Below, piece by piece: positions 1 to 9,459 of a stretch of DNA of 64,000 nt. The stretch covers positions 224,001 to 288,000 of the forward strand of contig JBILLK010000011.1 in assembly GCA_044376115.1 (NCBI GenBank). The letters run 5' to 3'. Below the pieces are notes generated by a model, which was given only the letters and a program-made list of their open reading frames with translations, was not told the DNA's origin and did no database searches. How positions within the stretch are numbered: position 1 is the stretch's first letter; the number at the start of each line of letters is the position of its first letter. Source of the stretch: Polyangiaceae bacterium (GTDB lineage: Bacteria > Myxococcota_A > Polyangia > Polyangiales > Polyangiaceae). The translations under genes were made by a program, and so were the position numbers.

Positions 1-21
1 TTCCTTCTGTCAGTAGGTTGG

Positions 22-57
22 AACGCGCTCAGCGGTAACACGCTCGAGCGCGTTTTT
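22..57 (+). terminator. Probable intrinsic terminator of a gene ending at or before the window start
   Basis: Stem AACGCGCTC-AGCG / CGCT-(C)-GAGCGCGTT followed by a T run; faces the convergent gene ending at 88. Confidence 0.6.
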
Positions 58-87
58 CGTTGGTCGCGTGGAGTTGGATCCCGGGGT

Positions 88-426
88 CTAGTGAAGCTCG
101 ACGATCTGTCGGCTGAGAATCTTGGCGCCGTCGAAGAACCGCTCCACTGCCGCGAGCGCTTGCTCAACGCTTTTCAGGCTCGAGCATGAAGCCACGTCGA
201 CGAAAAGTCGCCCTTCCTCGGGCCAGGTGTGAACCGTGAGATGCGACTCGCCGACGATCGCGGCACCCGTGACGCCTTGCGGCTCGAACTTCACCATGCG
301 TAGGTCGTGAAGCGAAAAGCCGCCGGCCACCACGGCGAGGCGCAACACCTCTTCCATGGTTTCACACGAGTCGAGCTTGCTGTGCTCGATCCCCGAGTAG
401 AGAGCGAGACCGACGGTCATCCGCAT
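88..426 (-). CDS. speD: S-adenosylmethionine decarboxylase proenzyme family (pyruvoyl-dependent)
   Basis: FEPQGVTG...GESHLTVHTWPE...VDVASC signature with the ES self-cleavage site; start chosen at ATG 426 (420 possible). Confidence 0.8.
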   Translation of the reverse strand: MRMTVGLALYSGIEHSKLDSCETMEEVLRLAVVAGGFSLHDLRMVKFEPQGVTGAAIVGESHLTVHTWPEEGRLFVDVASCSSLKSVEQALAAVERFFDGAKILSRQIVELH

Positions 427-485
427 GAGACGCCGGAGAATGGCTCCTTCTTGCACGGATGTCACGTTCGAGAGATCGTAAGGCG

Positions 486-1253
486 ATGAAGATCTCGCTT
501 GATGACAAAGTCGCCGTTGTTACCGGGGCCAGCCGCGGCATTGGACTGTCGATCGCAAAGACCTTTCTCGAGAACGGCGCCAAGGTGGCGATGGTCGCTC
601 GCAAGCCGGAGACGTTGGCGGAGGCCAAGGCTTCCCTCGGTGGCCTCGCAGAGAACGCAGAGACGTTCGCTGTTCACGTTGGCAAAGAGGGCGCGGCGCA
701 GGAGATCGTGAAGCGCACGATCGAGCGTTTTGGTCGAATCGACGTTTTGGTCAACAACGCCGCAACGAATCCCCACTTTGGCCCCACCGTAACCGCCGAC
801 GAGAAGGTGTTCGACAAGACCTTCGAGATCAATGCGCGAGCCTACTTTCTATTGGCGCGCGAGGTCGCGGTGCACATGGTCGATCAGGGCATCAAGGGCT
901 CGCTCGTGTTCGTATCGTCCACCCAAGGCCTACTGGGCTCACCGTTGATGGGCGTTTACGGCATGACCAAGGCGGCCGTGCTTTCACTGATGAAGACGCT
1001 CGCCGTTGAACTTGGACCAAGTGGCATCCGCGCCAACGCGATCGCGCCGGGGCTCGTTGATACAAAGTTCGCTTCAGCACTGACGCAGAACGACGACATC
1101 GCCAAACGGTGGACCGAGCGGGCACCGCTCCGCCGATGGGGCCACCCCGATGAGGTCGCCGGTGCTGCGCTCTACCTCGCTTCGGACGCCGCGAGCTACG
1201 TCACCGGCACTACCCTCGTCGTGGATGGGGGGTACTGCGTGGCGGCCGGTTGA
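486..1253 (+). CDS. Short-chain dehydrogenase/reductase (SDR)
   Basis: TGASRGIG, VNNA, catalytic YGMTK, C-terminal VDGG. Confidence 0.92.
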   Translation: MKISLDDKVAVVTGASRGIGLSIAKTFLENGAKVAMVARKPETLAEAKASLGGLAENAETFAVHVGKEGAAQEIVKRTIERFGRIDVLVNNAATNPHFGPTVTADEKVFDKTFEINARAYFLLAREVAVHMVDQGIKGSLVFVSSTQGLLGSPLMGVYGMTKAAVLSLMKTLAVELGPSGIRANAIAPGLVDTKFASALTQNDDIAKRWTERAPLRRWGHPDEVAGAALYLASDAASYVTGTTLVVDGGYCVAAG

Positions 1254-1255
1254 AC

Positions 1256-2167
1256 TCAGGCGCGAACGCTCCGAAGGCGTTTGCCGTGACTCACGAGAGC
1301 GTCCTTGAGGCCGACGGCCGCTTTGGTCTTGTGAAGGTCGGAGCGGTACACCAGGAAGATCTTGTCGGCGAAGAACGGCAAGCCAGGGTGCAACCGCACG
1401 ATCTCGGCATCGTGGCCGTAGGCCGCCACGCGACGCGGCAAGACGCCCACGCCTACGCCGGCGCGAACGATCGACTTGACGAGCTCGAAGTCGCCACACG
1501 CCAAAAGGCGCTGGGCCACACAGCCCTCTTGATCGAGTTTGTGCAGCAACGCCTGACTCTCCGAGACGCGCGCGGCATGAACAACGGGCCCTTTCTCGAT
1601 CAAGGTGTGCGCTTCCGCGAGGGTGCGCGCCGGGCTCTTCTTGGCTCTGGCGAGGACGAAGAAGTCGACCGCGTCGTCGAATAGTTCGACCAACACGAGG
1701 TCAGGGTGGGGCCGAGGGTTGACGATGATGCCGAAGTCGACTGCGCGCTCCAGTACTCTGTCGCGCACGCTGCTCGAGGCTGAGTTCTCCACGGAGAGAT
1801 CGATCGCCGGGTGGGTTGCGAAGAATTGGTTCATGAATTGGGGCAAAAAATAAGCCGCCAAGGACTCATGACAGCCAATCACGAAGCGACCGGACTCATC
1901 GGCCTCGAGCCCGATTACGCGACGCTCGGCCTTGCGCAGGATGCTGAAGATCTCCTCGGCGTCCTTGCCCAGGGCTTTACCTGTGATGGTCGCGGTGACC
2001 CCGGTGTGATCGCGCAGCAGCAACTTGGTATCGAAGTGCTTCTCGAGCCGCTGCATCGCTGCGGTCAGCGAAGGTTGGCTCACGCCAAGCGCTCGTGCCG
2101 CTTTGGTAATGCTCCCTTGCCCGCGTACCTCGAGAAAGTATCGCAGATCGTTGAGTTCGAGCGTCAT
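1256..2167 (-). CDS. LysR-family transcriptional regulator
   Basis: N-terminal HTH SITKAARALGVSQPSLT plus substrate-binding domain, 303 aa; divergent from the metal transporter. Confidence 0.92.
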   Translation of the reverse strand: MTLELNDLRYFLEVRGQGSITKAARALGVSQPSLTAAMQRLEKHFDTKLLLRDHTGVTATITGKALGKDAEEIFSILRKAERRVIGLEADESGRFVIGCHESLAAYFLPQFMNQFFATHPAIDLSVENSASSSVRDRVLERAVDFGIIVNPRPHPDLVLVELFDDAVDFFVLARAKKSPARTLAEAHTLIEKGPVVHAARVSESQALLHKLDQEGCVAQRLLACGDFELVKSIVRAGVGVGVLPRRVAAYGHDAEIVRLHPGLPFFADKIFLVYRSDLHKTKAAVGLKDALVSHGKRLRSVRA

Positions 2168-2245
2168 AGCCGTGGGCTATGGTACCCCCGTCGCGAATGT
2201 TTGGAGCGGTAGCTTTGAGCAAATCGTGATAGGGCCGCAAAGCTC

Positions 2246-2929
2246 ATGAGCCTGCTCGCGATCCTCGCTCTTGGCTTCTTCCTTGGGATGCGCCACGCCA
2301 CCGACGCTGATCACGTCATGGCGGTGACCACGATCGTTAGCCGCGAGCGCAGCGCGCGCTCCGCGTTGTGGGTTGGGGCTTTGTGGGGCGTGGGGCACAC
2401 CGCGACCATCTTGGTCGTTGGCGGCATGATCGTCGTCTTCGGCTTGGTCATTCCTCCTCGGGTAGGCCTCTCGATGGAGTTTTCGGTTGCGGTCATGCTC
2501 GTGGTGCTGGGCGCCATGAACCTGACGGGGGCCATGCAGCGTATCGATGAGGCTGCCCATGGTGCGAAGCACCACCCCGTCGACGATAAGGCTCGAGGTC
2601 TACGGCTGCGCCCGTTGATCGTCGGCGTTGTGCACGGCCTCGCGGGTTCAGCCGCGGTAGCGCTGTTGGTGCTCACCACCATTCGGGACGCAGCTTGGGC
2701 CCTTTGCTACCTCGCCATCTTTGGCGGCGGGACGGTACTCGGCATGATGCTGCTCACGAGCGCGATGGCTGTTCCCGTCGCTGCAGCAAGCCATCGCTTC
2801 GGTTCGTTCGAGCGCGTTCTGTCGCGCGCGACGGGCCTGGCTAGCATCGCGTTTGGCTTGTTTCTCGCCTACCAAATTGGCTTTGTCGATGGGCTCTTCT
2901 CCGGCGAGCCGCAGTGGTCTCCGAAGTGA
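2246..2929 (+). CDS. Nickel/cobalt transporter (NiCoT/UreH-like)
   Basis: GMRHATDADHVMAV and GVVHGLAGS motifs, several transmembrane segments, His-containing loop. Confidence 0.85.
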   Translation: MSLLAILALGFFLGMRHATDADHVMAVTTIVSRERSARSALWVGALWGVGHTATILVVGGMIVVFGLVIPPRVGLSMEFSVAVMLVVLGAMNLTGAMQRIDEAAHGAKHHPVDDKARGLRLRPLIVGVVHGLAGSAAVALLVLTTIRDAAWALCYLAIFGGGTVLGMMLLTSAMAVPVAAASHRFGSFERVLSRATGLASIAFGLFLAYQIGFVDGLFSGEPQWSPK

Positions 2930-2960
2930 GGTCAACCGAGCGAACGTTGGGAGATAAAGC

Positions 2961-2988
2961 AGAAAGCCCACCGAGAGGTGGGCTTTCT
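2961..2988. terminator. Bidirectional intrinsic terminator
   Basis: Perfect 12-bp stem AGAAAGCCCACC-gaga-GGTGGGCTTTCT between convergent genes. Confidence 0.85.
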
Positions 2989-2999
2989 TCTACTTGCCG

Positions 3000-5216
3000 C
3001 TAGGGCTTCGGCGGCGCCGCTGGCGCCGCGGGCGGAGCTGCTGGTGCGGGAGTTGCGGGCGGGGAGCCCGGTGCAGGAGCCGCCGGCGGAGCTGCGGGAG
3101 CCGCGGGCGGAGCTGCTGGCGCGGCGGGCGGGGCAGCCGGCTTCTCCGGTGCTTTGACCTGCGTCGAGTGCAGGATCTTGAACTCGACTCGGCGGTTCTT
3201 CGCCTTGCCTGCGTTGGTCTTGTTATCAGCGATCGGCTTCTCCTGTCCGTAGCCGTTGGCTTGCAGTCGTGAGGGCGCGACGCCCTTCGACTCGATGTAG
3301 GCCTTCACAGCGTTGGCGCGCTTCTGTGAGAGCTCCTTGTTGAAGTCGGCGTTGCCCAGGTTGTCGGTGTGGCCCGAGCACTCGAGCAAGAAGATCTGCG
3401 GGTTCGCCTTGAGCGCGCCTGCGACTGCATCGAGCACCGAGAAGCTCACTGCACCCTTGATCTTGTCGCTGCCCGTTTCGAACTCGACGCGCTGCAGGAT
3501 CTTGATCTCCTCTTTGCCAATCTCAACGAGCTGCGGACCTGCCTCTGGACAGCCGTCCTCGTCGTCGATGCCGTTGAAGGTCTCCGGCCGGTTGGGGCAT
3601 TTGTCGGTGGTGTCGGGGATGCCGTCTTTGTCGGTATCGGGAACCGTGTCAGGGCAGCCGTCCTCGTCCTTGAAGCCGTTCTTGACCTCGGGCTCCTCAC
3701 CACACTCGTCGCTGGCGTCGGGCACGCCGTCGTTGTCGTTGTCGAGGTCCGGGCAGCCGTCCAAGTCGTCGAAGCCGTCAGTGTCTTCAGGCTCCGCGGG
3801 ACACTTGTCCTTGGGATCCGGAAGGCCGTCAGCGTCGGAGTCGGGGCAACCGTAGAACTCCTCGAGCAGCACCTTTCCTGCTTGATCCGGGCACTTGTCC
3901 TTGTTGTCGGCGATCCCGTCTTGGTCCTTGTCGGTGATTTCGTCAGGACAGCCGTCTTCATCCTCGAAGCCGTTGACCTTCTCCGCCTTGTCCGGGCACT
4001 TGTCCTTGCCGTCGGCGAGCCCGTCCTTGTCGTTGTCGTCGTCGGGACAACCGTCTTCATCTTCGAAGCCGTCCTTGTCCTCCTTCTTGGTCGAGCAAGT
4101 GTCACGGTTGTCGGCGACGCCGTCTCCGTCTGCATCCCCGGCCTCCATCGTGAAGGTGATCCCCGCGATGCCGCGAGCGAGCGGCACGCCGACGCCCTCG
4201 AGCACGCCCACCCCGCCGCCGGCGGTGAAGCTAAGCCCTGTGTCGAGTGGCGAGATCACGACCGCAGCGTCGGTCTCCAGAGTGTTGGTCCCTTTGGTCC
4301 CCGAGAATTGCGTCGAGCCGTAGCCCTCCGCCATCACCTTCAGGATGGGCGTGATCTCGTAGCCGGCACCCACTGCATAGCGGAACTCGAGCGGGCCTAC
4401 CGTGGTCGTGCCGAGCCGATTTTCACCGCGATAGATGCCGCGCAAGTTGGCCGTGACGAAGAACTTCTCGATTTGGAAGTCGGCGATACCACGCCAGCCG
4501 ACGGTCACTGGTGCGTCGTTGCCGATGAAGGAATTCTCAGCGGTCAAGTGCCCAAGCGGGGCAGCCACGTCCACCGCGCCGCCGAGCGCAACCACCGACT
4601 GAGAATCACCGAAGAAGCGGAACTTTCCTTCCAACATCGCATCCCCGAGGCCAAAGCTCGCGAGTCCCTCGGGTAGCGGTTGCCCCGTGTCGGTGTTGAT
4701 GCCCGAACCATTTACGTAGGCGAGCGGAATCTTGAGGCCGATCTGGATCCATTCGATCGGGTTGAAGCTGCCCATCAAGTCGAACTGGAACATGTCCTGA
4801 ACAACGGCCACGTCCTCGACCTCGGAGGCGTTCGGCTCGTCGCAGTTCGTCTCAGCAACACAGCTGACGACCACGAACGGCTCTCGCGCGTAGTTGAAAA
4901 GGAGCCCGGCGCTCCAGCCGAACTGCTCGACCATGCGCACGCGCTCGGTCGAAAGGATGTTGTTTGGCCCCGGCGCCGACTCGAGCCGTTGCACCGAAAA
5001 TTCACCGCTCTGGGCCGACTCTTGCGCTACCGCTGTTGAGGCTGGCGCAGTCAGGGCGATGAGGGTCCCGAGACCCAGCGTTCGTCGAAAGCGAGCTAAC
5101 TCTTTGGATGCTGCCCGGCCTGCAATGAGCAGGAGGCCACGCGCTCTGGGCGCAGAGAGACTGGGAGAAGGTTGGTTCACGTGCTTCCGCTCCACGGGGC
5201 CCGCGTTTTCAGTCAA
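3000..5216 (-). CDS. OmpA-family outer-membrane protein with thrombospondin type-3 repeats (TraB-like architecture)
   Basis: N-terminal beta-barrel-like region, many DxDxDGxxDxxDxCP repeats, OmpA C-terminal motifs (GHTD...LSQKRA...NRRVEF), Pro/Ala tail; start uncertain. Confidence 0.88.
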   Translation of the reverse strand: MTENAGPVERKHVNQPSPSLSAPRARGLLLIAGRAASKELARFRRTLGLGTLIALTAPASTAVAQESAQSGEFSVQRLESAPGPNNILSTERVRMVEQFGWSAGLLFNYAREPFVVVSCVAETNCDEPNASEVEDVAVVQDMFQFDLMGSFNPIEWIQIGLKIPLAYVNGSGINTDTGQPLPEGLASFGLGDAMLEGKFRFFGDSQSVVALGGAVDVAAPLGHLTAENSFIGNDAPVTVGWRGIADFQIEKFFVTANLRGIYRGENRLGTTTVGPLEFRYAVGAGYEITPILKVMAEGYGSTQFSGTKGTNTLETDAAVVISPLDTGLSFTAGGGVGVLEGVGVPLARGIAGITFTMEAGDADGDGVADNRDTCSTKKEDKDGFEDEDGCPDDDNDKDGLADGKDKCPDKAEKVNGFEDEDGCPDEITDKDQDGIADNKDKCPDQAGKVLLEEFYGCPDSDADGLPDPKDKCPAEPEDTDGFDDLDGCPDLDNDNDGVPDASDECGEEPEVKNGFKDEDGCPDTVPDTDKDGIPDTTDKCPNRPETFNGIDDEDGCPEAGPQLVEIGKEEIKILQRVEFETGSDKIKGAVSFSVLDAVAGALKANPQIFLLECSGHTDNLGNADFNKELSQKRANAVKAYIESKGVAPSRLQANGYGQEKPIADNKTNAGKAKNRRVEFKILHSTQVKAPEKPAAPPAAPAAPPAAPAAPPAAPAPGSPPATPAPAAPPAAPAAPPKP

Positions 5217-5306
5217 AGCGTCGTGACAGGCCCACGATGCGAGAGGCTAACCGAAAAGGCTCACGTACTGCGAGACCCTTTCCTTCCTTGATTCACAAGT
5301 GGAACC

Positions 5307-7409
5307 GTGAGATTCCGCCCGCTCCCGATGCTATCCACCCGGCGGCTCGCCGCCCTGCTCGCACTCTCTTCGGCTGTTCTACCCACAAGCGCGTGGGCGC
5401 AGGGGGACGTTCCGAAGGGAGGTCCGCCCAAGAGCGAGGAAAAGCCTAAGGACAAGCCCGTTGAGGCGAAGCCAGCGGAGTCCGAGGCTCCCAAAGAGGC
5501 CCCTCTTCTTCCCGCTGGTACTCCCACGACGGAGCCCGCCAAGCCTGAACCCAAGCCCGAGGCTCCGCAAAACCCACCTGTGGTCAAGCCTGCGGCAGCG
5601 GTGGCGTCGGAAGCAGGTGCTGCCACAACCGCGAAGCCGAAGCCGGTCGATGAGCCTAAGGCGGTAGCGCGCGGTGACGGCAGTGAGAGCGATACCAACG
5701 TGTTCGCCGAAGATTGGTGGACCGCGGCTCGGCCAGTGTTCGAAGTGCACGGCTACATGCGAGTGCGCTCCGAGTTTTTCAGTCACTTCGCGCTCGGTCG
5801 TAAAGACGTCGCTGCCAACGCGCTTTGGCCGCAACCGGCAGACAACGACTACGTGGATAGCTCGGGCGTGCGCAACCGCGTGATCCTTTGCGGTGATGAC
5901 CCTCAGAACCCCGAGCCGTGCGAGAACAACGTGCAGGCCGGCGCAAACATGCGTTTCCGCATCGCTCCTGAGCTTCACATCTCCGACAACATTCGCGTGA
6001 TGGCGCAGCTCGACCTGCTCGACAACATCGTGCTTGGCTCCACTCCCGAGGGCTACGTCAATCAGCCCGGCGAGGCCGGTGGCTACGAGGCACGCCAACG
6101 CGGTGGCTATACGCCGATCGGCGCGTTCTCAACGACGCAGTGGGCCCCTTCGGCTGGGCAAAACTCGCTGACCGATTCGATCGTGGTGAAGCGAGTCTGG
6201 GGTGAGTACATGACGCCCTTCGGTCAGTTGCGCTTCGGCCGCATGCCGAGCCACTGGGGCCTTGGCATGTTGGCGAACTCCGGCGACGGCTTCGATAGCG
6301 ACTTCGGTTCAACGTCCGATCGCTTGATGTTCGCCACCGGCATTCCCGATTGGGATCTTTTCTTCGCCGGTATTTGGGACTTCGCCAATGAGGGCGCGAC
6401 GAGCGCGCTCATCTCCGAACGTCAGGGCCAGCCGTACGATCTAACGCAGAGTGATGACGTTGGTCAGTGGGGTTTTGTGATCGCGCGCCGCCGCAAGGCA
6501 GAGCTCCAGAAGTTGGACCTGGCCAAAGGGCTGCCCGTGTTCAACGGCGGTATCTACGGCGTGTACCGCCAACAGTCGCTCGACGGCGAGGCCTCGCTCG
6601 GCGCGACTCCGAGCCAAGTAGCGAGCGGCCTCAATCGTCGCCAAGCCGAAGCCTTCATCCCCGACGCGTGGTTCCAGTTTCTGTTCAACAAGTTCCGCTT
6701 CGAGGCGGAGGCTGCACTCGTTTGGGGCGGAATCGAGAACACCGACATCCGTGGCGGCAACAACTACGACAACCCCAACGTTGCGGGGGACGAAGAAGAC
6801 GGCTGGGCGATCCAGCAGTTCGGCTTCACCGCACAGGCCGAGTTCCGCGCCTTCGAGGACAAGCTCCGCGTGATGCTCGGCGGTGGGTTTGCATCCGGTG
6901 ACAGCGACGTCGAGGGGCTCGCTCCTCCGGCGGAGGGTTTCGACGTGCAGCTCACGCAGGATCGGACCTTTTCGACCTTCCGTTTTCATCCGGACTATCG
7001 CGTCGATCTCATCTTGTTCCGCAACATCCTGCAGCGAATTCAGGGGGCCTACTATCTGCGCCCGAGCGTCGAATACGACTTCACGCGTGACCTCGACGGT
7101 CAACGTATCGGCGGTGGCGCCACACTCATCTGGAGCCGCGCTTCGGAGCCGGTGCAAACGCCGGGCAACTCTGCTGACCTCGGTCTCGAGATCAACCTCA
7201 AGGTCTACTACCAAGCCAAAGACGGCGCTCTCAACGATGACCTGGAGAAGCCCGGCGGGTTCTACACCCAGCTTGAATACGGCGTGATGTTTCCGCTCGG
7301 TGGTCTCGGCTACCTGCCCGGCGAAGAGCAAGACTTCGAAGACGCCGGTAACCCCATCGATCTGAGCACCGCCCAAACTCTCCGGTGGTACCTCGGCATC
7401 TTGTATTGA
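5307..7409 (+). CDS. Outer-membrane beta-barrel protein, TIGR04551-like (copy 1)
   Basis: Signal peptide, Pro-rich linker, HGYMRVR, FGRMPSHWGLG and FRFHPDY motifs, C-terminal aromatic residue. Confidence 0.7.
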   Translation: MRFRPLPMLSTRRLAALLALSSAVLPTSAWAQGDVPKGGPPKSEEKPKDKPVEAKPAESEAPKEAPLLPAGTPTTEPAKPEPKPEAPQNPPVVKPAAAVASEAGAATTAKPKPVDEPKAVARGDGSESDTNVFAEDWWTAARPVFEVHGYMRVRSEFFSHFALGRKDVAANALWPQPADNDYVDSSGVRNRVILCGDDPQNPEPCENNVQAGANMRFRIAPELHISDNIRVMAQLDLLDNIVLGSTPEGYVNQPGEAGGYEARQRGGYTPIGAFSTTQWAPSAGQNSLTDSIVVKRVWGEYMTPFGQLRFGRMPSHWGLGMLANSGDGFDSDFGSTSDRLMFATGIPDWDLFFAGIWDFANEGATSALISERQGQPYDLTQSDDVGQWGFVIARRRKAELQKLDLAKGLPVFNGGIYGVYRQQSLDGEASLGATPSQVASGLNRRQAEAFIPDAWFQFLFNKFRFEAEAALVWGGIENTDIRGGNNYDNPNVAGDEEDGWAIQQFGFTAQAEFRAFEDKLRVMLGGGFASGDSDVEGLAPPAEGFDVQLTQDRTFSTFRFHPDYRVDLILFRNILQRIQGAYYLRPSVEYDFTRDLDGQRIGGGATLIWSRASEPVQTPGNSADLGLEINLKVYYQAKDGALNDDLEKPGGFYTQLEYGVMFPLGGLGYLPGEEQDFEDAGNPIDLSTAQTLRWYLGILY

Positions 7410-7423
7410 GCGAGGAACAGGCC

Positions 7424-9445
7424 GTGAGTTCTCGCCATCGTTTCTCGCTCTGGCTCGACGAGCGTGCGCATCCGCGACGCGGCGTTCGCTCGTGCGTGCT
7501 CGCGCTCGTTTGCGCGGCAGCGCCGGCGTTCACCGCCTTTGCGCAACAAGGGGATGACCCGAAGCCAGCGGCTCCGACCGTCGAGGAAGCCCCCAAAGGG
7601 GACGGCGCTCCCAGCACCGCTTACGATCAGGTTTTCGCCGAAGACTGGTTCGCAAAGTCCCGCCCTACCTTCGAGATCCACGGCTATATGCGCGTCCGCA
7701 GCGAGCTGATGGTCGACTTTGGGTTGGGCCGATCGGACGCTCCGAGTCAGGCGCTCTGGCCGCGTCCCGCGAGCCAGGATTACGACTTCGTTGGCGGCGG
7801 CGGCGCGCGCAACACCGTCGTGCAATGTGGCGATGATCCGTTGAACCCTGAGGCGTGCTCGGCCTCGACCCAAGGCGGCGCCAATCTCCGTTTACGCGTG
7901 CGCCCCGTGCTCACGATCAGCGACAACATTCGCGCCTTCGCCGAGGTTGACCTGTTCGACAACCTGGTGCTCGGTTCGACCTCGGAAGGGTACGTCAATC
8001 AAGACGGGAGTGATGGTGGCTACGCCGTGCGCCAACGGGGTGGCTACACACCGATCGGCGCCTTCGCGACCACCCAATGGTCACCAACGGCTGGGATCAA
8101 CTCGCTGTCGGACTCGATCGTCGTGAAGCGAGCTTGGGGCGAGTACATCTCTCCACTCGGCACCTTCCGCTTCGGTCGCATGCCCAACCATTGGGGCTTG
8201 GGCATGGTCTACAACGGCGGGGACGGCTTCGATCAGGATTGGGGCTCGACGGTCGATCGCATCAGCTTCACCACCGGTATTCCGTCGGCTGAGATCTACT
8301 TCACCGGCATGTGGGACTTCGCCGATGAAGGTGCCGTAGGCGGCCCGTTTTATGGCTGTCGTCGAAAGATCAGTACAACTGAAGCGCCTGATGCTCCAGA
8401 GTGCGATGCGCAGTCGCTCAACGCCGCTCGCTACGATCTCGGCGCAAAGCAGTACGACCTCGTGCAAAGCGACGACGTCGACCAATGGGGCATTGCTGTC
8501 GTGCGTAAGCGCGCGCCGGAGCGAGCTCGACTCGACTTGGCGCGAGGTGACGTGGTCTTCGACTTCGGCGGTTATGGCGTCTATCGCAATCAGACGCTGG
8601 CCTCCGCGGCAAAGATTGGCGCCAACCCACGTGAAGTCGCCGAGACGTTCGTGCGGCGCGGCTACGAGACGTTCACCCCGGATCTGTGGGGCGACTTCCG
8701 CTGGGATCGTTTGCGGATCGGTATGGAGGCCGCGCTGGTGTGGGGCTCGATCGAAAACACCGACACGAACGGCGGCTCCAACTTCGACAATCCGAATGCC
8801 TCCGGCTCGGATGAAGACGGCTTTGCGTTGCGGCAGTTCGGCTTCGCGCTCGAGGCCTCCTACCGCGCGATCGAGGATCGACTGCGGCTCGGCTTCGACT
8901 TTGGCTACGCCACCGGTGATGACGACGTCGAGGGCATCAACGGCTTTGGGCCGGGCAGCCTTTCAGCAGAGAACGCACCGCTCGGTGGGCTCGACGCTCA
9001 GCTCACGCAGAACCGCACCTACAGCTCGTTCCGCTTTCACCCGGACTACCAGATCGACCAAATCTTGTGGCGCCGCATCATGACGCGCGTGCAGTCGGCC
9101 TACTACCTGAAGCCTTCGGTCGAGTACGACTTCCTGCGGCAGGCCGATGGTCAACGCGCCGGCGGTGGCTTCAGTGCGGTGTGGAGTCGCGCGTCGGAGG
9201 CGGTGCAGACGCCAGGCAATGCGTCGGATCTCGGCGTAGAAATCGGCGCCAAGGTCTTCTATCAGGGGCCGGCCGGGACCTTCGATGTTGAAGGTCAGCC
9301 CAAGGCTGGCTTCTTCGGTCAACTCGACTACGCGGTGCTCGTCCCGTTGCAAGGGCTCGACTACCTGCCGGGGGAGTCGCTCCCGGCCGATGTTGGTCTA
9401 ACGCCTGCGCACTTGCTTCGACTCTACCTCGGCGTCCTCTACTAA
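7424..9445 (+). CDS. Outer-membrane beta-barrel protein, TIGR04551-like (copy 2, tandem paralog)
   Basis: Colinear with copy 1 (HGYMRVR, FGRMPNHWGLG, FRFHPDY, YLGVLY); GTG start after GAGGA. Confidence 0.7.
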   Translation: MSSRHRFSLWLDERAHPRRGVRSCVLALVCAAAPAFTAFAQQGDDPKPAAPTVEEAPKGDGAPSTAYDQVFAEDWFAKSRPTFEIHGYMRVRSELMVDFGLGRSDAPSQALWPRPASQDYDFVGGGGARNTVVQCGDDPLNPEACSASTQGGANLRLRVRPVLTISDNIRAFAEVDLFDNLVLGSTSEGYVNQDGSDGGYAVRQRGGYTPIGAFATTQWSPTAGINSLSDSIVVKRAWGEYISPLGTFRFGRMPNHWGLGMVYNGGDGFDQDWGSTVDRISFTTGIPSAEIYFTGMWDFADEGAVGGPFYGCRRKISTTEAPDAPECDAQSLNAARYDLGAKQYDLVQSDDVDQWGIAVVRKRAPERARLDLARGDVVFDFGGYGVYRNQTLASAAKIGANPREVAETFVRRGYETFTPDLWGDFRWDRLRIGMEAALVWGSIENTDTNGGSNFDNPNASGSDEDGFALRQFGFALEASYRAIEDRLRLGFDFGYATGDDDVEGINGFGPGSLSAENAPLGGLDAQLTQNRTYSSFRFHPDYQIDQILWRRIMTRVQSAYYLKPSVEYDFLRQADGQRAGGGFSAVWSRASEAVQTPGNASDLGVEIGAKVFYQGPAGTFDVEGQPKAGFFGQLDYAVLVPLQGLDYLPGESLPADVGLTPAHLLRLYLGVLY

Positions 9446-9459
9446 AGAACCGGTGCAGC

